Shown here piece by piece: positions 1-6,568 of a DNA stretch of 25,496 nt (its first letter is position 1; the number at the start of each line of letters is the position of its first letter). The notes under the pieces are model-generated. The model had not been told where the DNA came from. It was given only the letters and a program-made list of their open reading frames with translations, and searched no databases. The stretch lies in IMG/VR virus record IMGVR_UViG_3300031519_006695, positions 1 to 25,496 of that record. One strand, 5' to 3'. Position numbers and translations under genes: made by a program. This DNA is from a virus. Lineage: Duplodnaviria; Caudoviricetes.

Positions 1-364
1 CACCTGGATAACGTGCTTTAAGTTTATCAATATTCATTTGAATCACTTCATTTGGATCAATATTTAAAGCCATACAACCCTGCATCCAATACCACATGAT
101 ATCACCTAGCTCACGTTGCATGTGAAAGATATTATCAGCATCTAATGGTTTGCCTTGGAATAAAATCTTTTTGACAACCTCGGTAAACTCACCAGCTTCA
201 GCACCAAGCCCCATTGAGGCCGTAAGTAGCCGTGGCATATCAACTTCACGTTGATTAACTAAGTTTACCCAACGAGTAGTAAAGGCACCATTTTCTTTGG
301 TTTCGTCGCTGGTTACTGCGTCTACAAATTCTTTGTATTTGTTTAAGTCTATTTGTTTGTTCAT
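1..364 (-). CDS. mazG: MazG-like nucleoside triphosphate pyrophosphohydrolase (phage type); 3' end runs off the window
   Basis: Not in the ORF track. Manual translation from ATG at 364: MNKQIDLNKYKEFVDAVTSDE...RLLTASMGLGAEAGEFTEVVKKILFQGKPL...HMQRELGDIMWYWMQGCMALNIDPNEVIQMNIDKLKARYPG. It has the ExxE..E and ELGD acidic motifs and the N..KL..RYP tail typical of MazG-like proteins. Confidence 0.9.
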   Translation of the reverse strand, partial: MNKQIDLNKYKEFVDAVTSDETKENGAFTTRWVNLVNQREVDMPRLLTASMGLGAEAGEFTEVVKKILFQGKPLDADNIFHMQRELGDIMWYWMQGCMALNIDPNEVIQMNIDKLKARYPG

Positions 365-365
365 T

Positions 366-773
366 TTATTGCTCGAAACTTGGGCTGGCGAAAGAGCTAG
401 GATCTACAGTAGCATGTGCGCCATCTGAGTATTCTGCTCCAATATAAATATCACTTGGTTTTTCATCTGAAAATGCTAATACACTTTCGTTTTCTACCAT
501 ACGAACTTCTTTTTCAGAATCTCCATTTTCAAGATTAATTCCTCGAGTCCAGCGTCCGTGCATAATTAAGATCCAATCTCCAACATTGTAATCTTCTTTG
601 TTAGTAGGACCTTTAGCATACACTTTACCCCAGCGAGGATAAATTCCTCGAGTTGTACCGTTGTCGTCTTTAATAATAAGACCTGATTTAGTTTTCTGAT
701 CTCCAAAGTACATGTCACTTACGAGTACTTTGTCTTTGATTGGCCGTAACTGGCCTTTTATTGTATTATTCAT
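366..773 (-). CDS. groES: GroES/Cpn10-like co-chaperonin with an acidic C-terminal extension
   Basis: LRPIKDKVLV, mobile loop KTKSGLII, GKVYAKGP, VGDWIL and ENESVLA follow the Cpn10 pattern. About 35 extra residues follow at the C-terminus. Confidence 0.85.
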   Translation of the reverse strand: MNNTIKGQLRPIKDKVLVSDMYFGDQKTKSGLIIKDDNGTTRGIYPRWGKVYAKGPTNKEDYNVGDWILIMHGRWTRGINLENGDSEKEVRMVENESVLAFSDEKPSDIYIGAEYSDGAHATVDPSSFASPSFEQ

Positions 774-1165
774 TAGTCACCTTTTTGAACAAAATTACCA
801 GCATCATCTTCAACCCAATCGTCGGTTAAATCTTTCTCAGCCGGTGTGTTAATATTAGCCTTTGATGTTGTAGTATTTTTAGTTTTTGATGTTGTAGCAG
901 CTTCAACAACTGCTTCTTTCTCAGCCACAGGTTTCTTAAGAGCTATTTCATCAGGCATACTTGACGAGTTTTCGTAGTATTCTTTTAATAGATCTTCTTT
1001 ACGTCTAATAATCTTTCCACCTGGTCCGATTTCGTCACCTCGTGCATTAACTTTTGCATTACCTACTGCTTGAGTTAATTCATTGCGTTGACGTAACATA
1101 TCCATATCAATTTGCTTACCTTGCATTGATTTGTAAATTGTACGTCCTGTTTGTTTCATTGGCAT
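773..1165 (-). CDS. Hypothetical phage protein, 130 aa
   Basis: ORF with a strong SD (TAAGGAGGT) and an upstream late-promoter-like motif. Its stop overlaps the groES start (TAATG). The N-terminus looks ordered (AVGNAKVNARGDEIGPGGKII) and the C-terminus is low-complexity. Confidence 0.75.
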   Translation of the reverse strand: MPMKQTGRTIYKSMQGKQIDMDMLRQRNELTQAVGNAKVNARGDEIGPGGKIIRRKEDLLKEYYENSSSMPDEIALKKPVAEKEAVVEAATTSKTKNTTTSKANINTPAEKDLTDDWVEDDAGNFVQKGD

Positions 1166-1171
1166 TGTAAT

Positions 1172-1180
1172 ACCTCCTTA
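1172..1180 (-). promoter_or_regulatory. Shine-Dalgarno TAAGGAGGT for the 773..1165 gene
   Basis: acctcctta at 1172-1180, 6 nt from the ATG at 1165. Confidence 0.8.
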
Positions 1181-1193
1181 TTAGTTATATTAA

Positions 1194-1201
1194 TACTTAT
1201 C
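1194..1201 (-). promoter_or_regulatory. Late-promoter-like motif GATAAGTA (variant)
   Basis: Overlaps the stop of the DnaE fragment, about 30 nt upstream of the next ATG. It has one mismatch to the GATAAATA seen elsewhere in the window. Confidence 0.4.
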
Positions 1202-1718
1202 TCAGGAACTCGGTCCAGTCCAGGTCATACTGGATTGAATCTATTCTGTGTACGCCTATTAAGTATAGCACATAACTTGCTACACTACTACCTCTTCCTA
1301 CTCCCCAAACGATATCGTTCTCACGCATATAGTCTACAAGATAAACCATATATCGTAATAATGGTAACATTCCTCGTTTATTAAATTCTGCGTACTCTTC
1401 GAAGTAGCGTACAAGTTCTTTTTGGGTTTTACATTTATCTTGCAAATACTTTGAAATATCCATATCTTTATACTTGTCAGGCATAAACCATTCGGACTGT
1501 AACGCTCCGTCAAATGTTTTTTCATCTACATCAATAGGAATATATTCTGTAAGTTCAGGTAGGTATTGCTCACGCATTGCTACATTAAACTTTTCAATGT
1601 CGTCACTAGGATCACACAATACTACATGACATTTATCAACATGACCTGAATAGATCATATCGACAAGGTCGCGGTTAGTAAATCGTGGTATTCCTAGGTT
1701 GTCTGTTTTCATAAGCAT
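1197..1718 (-). CDS. Stand-alone fragment of a DNA polymerase III alpha (DnaE, family C) palm region
   Basis: ELVRYFEEYAEFNKRGMLPLLRYMVYLVDYMRENDIVWGVGRGSSVASYVLYLIGVHRIDSIQYDLDWTEFLR parallels DnaE 'RL..EL..I..MGF..YFLIV...I.W.......GPGRGS.AGSLVAY.L.IT..DP...DLLFERFL'. It ends before the PDxDxD motif. Confidence 0.85.
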   Translation of the reverse strand: MLMKTDNLGIPRFTNRDLVDMIYSGHVDKCHVVLCDPSDDIEKFNVAMREQYLPELTEYIPIDVDEKTFDGALQSEWFMPDKYKDMDISKYLQDKCKTQKELVRYFEEYAEFNKRGMLPLLRYMVYLVDYMRENDIVWGVGRGSSVASYVLYLIGVHRIDSIQYDLDWTEFLR

Positions 1719-1724
1719 ATACTT

Positions 1725-1753
1725 AGTTTAACTGATATTAATCAGATTGTCAA
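1725..1753 (-). promoter_or_regulatory. Sigma70-type promoter TTGACA-N17-TAAACT for the DnaE fragment
   Basis: The minus strand reads TTGACA (1753-1748), then 17 nt, TAAACT (1730-1725), AAGTAT and ATG (1718). Confidence 0.75.
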
Positions 1754-1967
1754 GTGTTTTATCGCCATTTTCTTTATTAAGTTCTTTAGCGTGCCTTGAC
1801 GCAACCTCAGATTTGTACATCTCTAAGATTGATTGTATTTGAAACTGAATATCTGGATTAGTAGACATGAAATATTTACGAGAGAGATCGTTTATTTTAT
1901 CTTCTAATTCGTTTACTGATAAATCAGCAAAAGAATCTACTAATGGATTAAACAGTGAACTGTCCAT
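1728..1967 (-). CDS. Hypothetical helical protein, 79 aa
   Basis: Fills the gap between flanking genes, overlaps the upstream gene by 20 nt, and has an amphipathic helical pattern. The start codon is uncertain. Confidence 0.65.
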   Translation of the reverse strand: MDSSLFNPLVDSFADLSVNELEDKINDLSRKYFMSTNPDIQFQIQSILEMYKSEVASRHAKELNKENGDKTLDNLINIS

Positions 1968-2544
1968 AATGTTGACCGTAAACAGTTAGCCCACCATCAC
2001 TTGACCAAAGATCAACAAAGGTAGGATCAGTAGTACTGGATACAATTAATGCGTTATTTGGAATAGCTCCGCCTACACTATCAACAAGAGCTCGCCAAAT
2101 TGAATCTGTTTTTATTACGTTGTTAGGCCCAGGAGAAAAAGTAACTAATCTATTTGTGCCATCGCCTTTTATTGCTAGTCTTATTTTACCTAATTTACCA
2201 GTAGCTGGCCAATCAGTTAAAGTTAATGTTACATCAGCGCCTACTGTAAGAATTTGATGATTACCGTTTACAAATCTTACGTTTTGACTTCCTGTAATCT
2301 CAGTAGAAACATATACTTCTTCGCTATTAGCAATTAAGTTTGCTTCTCTTATTATATTTCCATTAAAGTCATTTGTTGCATTTAATTTTGCAGATGATGT
2401 TTGTAACGAAGTTATTTCTGTTGCAGCTGTTGCTAGGCCTGTTTTAACTAGTCGAAAGTTGTCTCTAAAACCTTGACTATCGTTGTCCTGTCCTGCTACT
2501 GGAAATATTTCATTTATATCAGCTGTAAGTATTTCACTAGCCAT
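1948..2544 (-). CDS. Putative virion structural protein, 198 aa
   Basis: N-terminal FPVAGQDNDSQGFRDNF plus a short coiled coil, then a beta-rich C-terminus. It has an AGGAG SD and tandem late promoter motifs upstream. Confidence 0.65.
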   Translation of the reverse strand: MASEILTADINEIFPVAGQDNDSQGFRDNFRLVKTGLATAATEITSLQTSSAKLNATNDFNGNIIREANLIANSEEVYVSTEITGSQNVRFVNGNHQILTVGADVTLTLTDWPATGKLGKIRLAIKGDGTNRLVTFSPGPNNVIKTDSIWRALVDSVGGAIPNNALIVSSTTDPTFVDLWSSDGGLTVYGQHYGQFTV

Positions 2545-2562
2545 TGTGTTCTCTCCTACCTT

Positions 2563-2581
2563 TATTTATATAGTATTTATT
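2563..2581 (-). promoter_or_regulatory. Tandem T4-type late promoter motifs AATAAATA and TATAAATA
   Basis: tatttata at 2563-2570 and tatttatt at 2574-2581, in the intergenic gap before the ATG at 2544. Confidence 0.65.
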
Positions 2582-2585
2582 GCTT

Positions 2586-5500
2586 TTAAATGTTAAACTG
2601 GTAATTTGCGAACAGTAAGTATTGTTCATTAGCATTTCCTTTAGTATTGTCTATAACATATCGATCAATATCAAAATTAAGCTGAGTAAAATCAAATGAT
2701 GTAAAATCTATAGCATTTTTAATAATTTTACTTTTCCCTGGCATACAATAACACAACGGGATAGCTGGAATATAACCTAATTCTTGTAACTGTCCTTCTT
2801 GTGCTGTTCGCATCCATAGTGGTAAAAAGTCTCTAACAGTAGTTCCAACTTCTGAAATATTATCTCGCATATTTTTAATATTTGAGATATATCTTTTTGT
2901 ATCATTTCTTTGGTCGCTACTTACAGCATTACTATCAACTTTAACTACGTTAGAATTTACTGACTCTAAGTACCACGGACTTGTAGCATCAGGATCTACA
3001 ACATATGAACTTATCGTTATTGGAAACGTTACTGTAGACAAATCTCTTAATCTTATTAATATCTCATTATATGATCCAGATATAACGTCAGTACCGTCTC
3101 GTTGTAACACAAATATATCTCCGTTAGTTGGAGTAACACTTATTATTCCTGCTGCACTATCTTCAAAGTCTCGTCCTTGAAAATCAAAAGAAGCAAATTG
3201 TGAAGGTGCATCGCCAAATTGTGATTCACTTGCTAGTAGTTTTGCTTTATTATCAATTTTATAACTTTTTTGTACTTCACCTGTAGTTGGCAAATACGGA
3301 TCAATTACCTCAAGATATACAACTTCGTATACAACGTTATTTGTACCCGGAGTTTTTGCTACTGCTGTTTTTATATTACCTAATTTAAATTGTTTTCGTT
3401 TATGGTTTTTTGCAACAGCGCCTACATAATGATTTATAGACTTAGTCTCAATTCCAGAATACACTAACATATTGATCTTTTTTTGAATTCCATAATTTAT
3501 GTCATCTGGACGATAGATGTACTGTGGGTTAAAAATTTCAGTATTACTTATAAATGTAGTAAATATAGATCGTTGTGTTTGTTTTAAGAATGGTCTAGCA
3601 TATATGTTACTATACGTTTTATTATCTGGGTCACCAACAGTAATGTTAAATTCTTTAATTGTTCTACTATATTTAAATTGATCTTGTACTGCTACTTCAA
3701 ATATAAACTTTCTATCAATTGTTGACTTGTTATTGTCTAATGTAAATGTTCCTGTATCAATTTGAGTTAAACCATTACTAGCACCTGTGTCTGTAAAAGT
3801 TTTTATTTTTCCAGAAATTGATCCATCTAATAAAAGAGACAATCCAGGTGGAAGACTACCGCTTTGTAACGTATAAAGAAGGTTTGGAGAAGGAACTGAA
3901 CTAGTTGCTTCAATTGCTAAATTAGAAATAAAGTTAGAACTAATGCTTTTAAACGTTGTTGGTGTAATCCATAAAATAGTAGAATCTACTTCGCCTAATA
4001 AGTTAACAGTAAACGTTTTATTTGATTGTGCTACTTCGTTAGCATTGTCAGTATATAAGTTAAAGTCAAAAAGTTCCCCTTCTTTAACTATTCTTGCAGT
4101 ATATAACGGAATTAACTCTATTGGAGATCTTTGCCCAGCATAAATCGTTGAGATTATATTAGTAGTAAGAGTTATATTTTCATACGTTGTATTATTATAT
4201 TTTACTAAATCATCAACTTTATAATTAGCTTCACTGTTCCAGGTAGTTACACCAGTAGTAGAAATATTAACTTCTTCCCATCTAATTCTAGAATAATCAG
4301 AATTAAAAGTAGTTGACGTATGATTTTGTTTGCATTTAAAAACCTTTTCATTAGCATCAACGCTTGCAATAGTATAAGAATAATCTCCAAATGTAATTGA
4401 TTTATTAACTATATTATCTAAATACGGTGCGCCTATTTTATTAATCTTTATTATTGTTTGATTTGGCAGTGCATTTTCAAAAACATTTATACTAAAACTT
4501 TGTCCTATGTACAATATATCATATTCAGTTGATACAGTAGTGTCTATTTTTGTAATTGCATACGCTGTTTTATCTATTACAATATTTTTACCTACTAATA
4601 ATGACGAGTCTTGATTTTTATTTATTTTTAAAACATTTGATCCAAAAGGAGCATCTTGATATATTCGTAAAGTAACATATTGTTTTGTTGATGTTGGACC
4701 AAATCTACTAGCATTAATTGTAAATTTATATTCTTTTGTAACGTTAGGTTGATAAGGAACTCTTCCAGCAATTTCGCCAGTAGTAGTGTCTAATGATAAT
4801 CCTTTAGGAAGTGTACTAACAGAGCCATCATCATTTACTTCTTGTAAAATATATGTTACAACTCCTATCAACTCATTAGTATCTAGTGTGTCTAAAAATA
4901 AAGTAACATAATTATTAGCTCGTCGATAACCAAAGTTCCTAGGTGTTAACCATAATGGAACTCTAATATGTGTATTATCAGCAGTAAACACACCTGTGTC
5001 TACTTCCATAATAGTATTATCTACTCTTACAAAATCATCACCAACTACATAAATCTTAAATGTTCTTCTAGAGATAGTGTCGCCGTCGCTTACACTAACT
5101 ATAAATTCATAATAACGATTAAGTTTTCTTGGAGAACGGGTTGGAATACTTAGATCATAGATCGTAGTATCATAAAAGAAACTATCAAACCCGTTTGAAC
5201 TTCTTACACCGTAATCGTACGCAATTGTATCAAATTGACTTGCATCATAATTGCCAGTGTCTAATCTTTTTTCAATTGCAAGTATTGGATCAACAATTCC
5301 TACTAACTTCCCGTCAGTTGTTAATGTTATCCCTGGTGGTAGTTCTCCGTCGTTAGATCCTAAAAAGTATTCTAATATCTGGCCTCCTGCTGTATCAGAG
5401 TCTTCTGCTATTAATTGAAAATCAATTGGTGTATTATCTAATATAAAAAATGTATTATTTGTTCCAACAGGTAATAGTCCTGCATCAGTTTTCCATGTAG

Positions 5501-5798
5501 GTAAATCTGGTCCTGTTACGTTTATTATAAAGGTTCTATCACTAATTTCAGTATTATAAGTTGCTCGTAATACAAATTTGTATTCTGTATCTCTTGGAAC
5601 TTCTCTAGGCGATCCGGTTATAGTATTATTTACTAATATCATTCCTGCCGGTAGTGTGCCACTAATATGTGTAACAGTGTATAGAGTTGAATCATCAGAT
5701 ACTATAGATAAATCTAATGGTAGATCTATAGTAGAGGATACACCCTCAACTAATGTTTGTAATGTCTGACCCGACGACTGTGTCCAAAATACTGCCAT
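2586..5798 (-). CDS. Virion structural protein with putative Ig-like (He_PIG-type) repeats, 1070 aa
   Basis: Four G.LP.G..L...G.I.G units (GTLPAGMIL, GELPPGITLTTDGKLVG, TLPKGLSLDTTTGEIAG, GSLPPGLSLLLDGSISG), each followed by a Y/F-x-F-x-V strand. It lies in the structural block. Confidence 0.7.
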   Translation of the reverse strand: MAVFWTQSSGQTLQTLVEGVSSTIDLPLDLSIVSDDSTLYTVTHISGTLPAGMILVNNTITGSPREVPRDTEYKFVLRATYNTEISDRTFIINVTGPDLPTWKTDAGLLPVGTNNTFFILDNTPIDFQLIAEDSDTAGGQILEYFLGSNDGELPPGITLTTDGKLVGIVDPILAIEKRLDTGNYDASQFDTIAYDYGVRSSNGFDSFFYDTTIYDLSIPTRSPRKLNRYYEFIVSVSDGDTISRRTFKIYVVGDDFVRVDNTIMEVDTGVFTADNTHIRVPLWLTPRNFGYRRANNYVTLFLDTLDTNELIGVVTYILQEVNDDGSVSTLPKGLSLDTTTGEIAGRVPYQPNVTKEYKFTINASRFGPTSTKQYVTLRIYQDAPFGSNVLKINKNQDSSLLVGKNIVIDKTAYAITKIDTTVSTEYDILYIGQSFSINVFENALPNQTIIKINKIGAPYLDNIVNKSITFGDYSYTIASVDANEKVFKCKQNHTSTTFNSDYSRIRWEEVNISTTGVTTWNSEANYKVDDLVKYNNTTYENITLTTNIISTIYAGQRSPIELIPLYTARIVKEGELFDFNLYTDNANEVAQSNKTFTVNLLGEVDSTILWITPTTFKSISSNFISNLAIEATSSVPSPNLLYTLQSGSLPPGLSLLLDGSISGKIKTFTDTGASNGLTQIDTGTFTLDNNKSTIDRKFIFEVAVQDQFKYSRTIKEFNITVGDPDNKTYSNIYARPFLKQTQRSIFTTFISNTEIFNPQYIYRPDDINYGIQKKINMLVYSGIETKSINHYVGAVAKNHKRKQFKLGNIKTAVAKTPGTNNVVYEVVYLEVIDPYLPTTGEVQKSYKIDNKAKLLASESQFGDAPSQFASFDFQGRDFEDSAAGIISVTPTNGDIFVLQRDGTDVISGSYNEILIRLRDLSTVTFPITISSYVVDPDATSPWYLESVNSNVVKVDSNAVSSDQRNDTKRYISNIKNMRDNISEVGTTVRDFLPLWMRTAQEGQLQELGYIPAIPLCYCMPGKSKIIKNAIDFTSFDFTQLNFDIDRYVIDNTKGNANEQYLLFANYQFNI

Positions 5799-5818
5799 GT
5801 TACTTCCTAACTTTTAAG

Positions 5819-5829
5819 TATTTATCGTA
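5819..5829 (-). promoter_or_regulatory. Late promoter motif TACGATAAATA
   Basis: Intergenic, 20 nt upstream of the ATG at 5798. An identical 11-mer lies at 11690-11700. Confidence 0.65.
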
Positions 5830-5831
5830 AT

Positions 5832-6539
5832 CTATGATGCGATTGTTCCTAGATCTATTGTTGCTGATACTGTTCCGGGATTAACAAATGTACCAAATTC
5901 TACGTCTGTTTCTTTTTGTAGATAATCTATTATGTTTGTATATGTATTGTTTAAATTTCCAAAATCAAAAGAATTTTCTCCAGCCGCATTAGATAAATCT
6001 CTAACATCGATTCCGTATACTAAACCTTCTATTGGTCCGTAAAAGCCTGTTGATGTTACTACTCCTGCGTTTGCAATATTTTGATTATTTGCATCTAACC
6101 CTGCACTTAAACTAGGTGCTCCGTCTGCACTAACTATTCCTGTTGTGCCAGATATGTATAAATTTTGTCCTGTTACAGATGTAGTAATTCCGCTAGTTCC
6201 TTGTATGGACATTGTTTGTCCCCTAGCAACTGTAACCGTTCCGCTATTACTTACTGCTATTAACTGATCTAAACTATCAGGAGCAGTAATTGTAATTCCG
6301 GTGACATTTGAAGTTAATGATATATTATCGCCACCAATTAATTTCTTAAAACTTAAAGTTGAATTAGAAGAACTTTCAAATATACCTTCGCCACTTGGTC
6401 CAAGATTCTCTCCATTAGCCGCCCTAGGAAATCTTGCATTTAGATCAACAAAGTTATCATTAACTTTATCAAATGCTGTCCTAAGATCGTCACCTGTCCC
6501 GTCATTTGCTAGTTGTCCTATATCAATTGTGCTTATCAT
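5832..6539 (-). CDS. Baseplate/fibre-associated protein with a T4 gp9/gp10-like N-terminus, 235 aa
   Basis: MISTIDIGQLANDGTGDDLRTAFDKVNDNF resembles the T4 gp10 N-terminal 'INIG...DDGTGDYLR....KINENFDELY' motif. Confidence 0.65.
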   Translation of the reverse strand: MISTIDIGQLANDGTGDDLRTAFDKVNDNFVDLNARFPRAANGENLGPSGEGIFESSSNSTLSFKKLIGGDNISLTSNVTGITITAPDSLDQLIAVSNSGTVTVARGQTMSIQGTSGITTSVTGQNLYISGTTGIVSADGAPSLSAGLDANNQNIANAGVVTSTGFYGPIEGLVYGIDVRDLSNAAGENSFDFGNLNNTYTNIIDYLQKETDVEFGTFVNPGTVSATIDLGTIAS

Positions 6540-6560
6540 TATCTTTTCCTTATACGTATG

Positions 6561-6568
6561 TATTTATT
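6561..6568 (-). promoter_or_regulatory. Late promoter motif AATAAATA
   Basis: Overlaps the protease stop codon, 21 nt upstream of the ATG at 6539. Confidence 0.5.

Noticed and set aside
1197-1718. Split-intein DnaE as in cyanobacteria, or a pseudogene
   Set aside because: There is no N-intein sequence after the DnaE segment, and the break lies far N-terminal of the cyanobacterial split. The ORF is clean and has its own promoter.
1860-1935. Resemblance of DLSVNELEDKINDLSRKYF to ribosomal protein L29
   Set aside because: It is a generic amphipathic helix, and the rest of the L29 pattern is absent.
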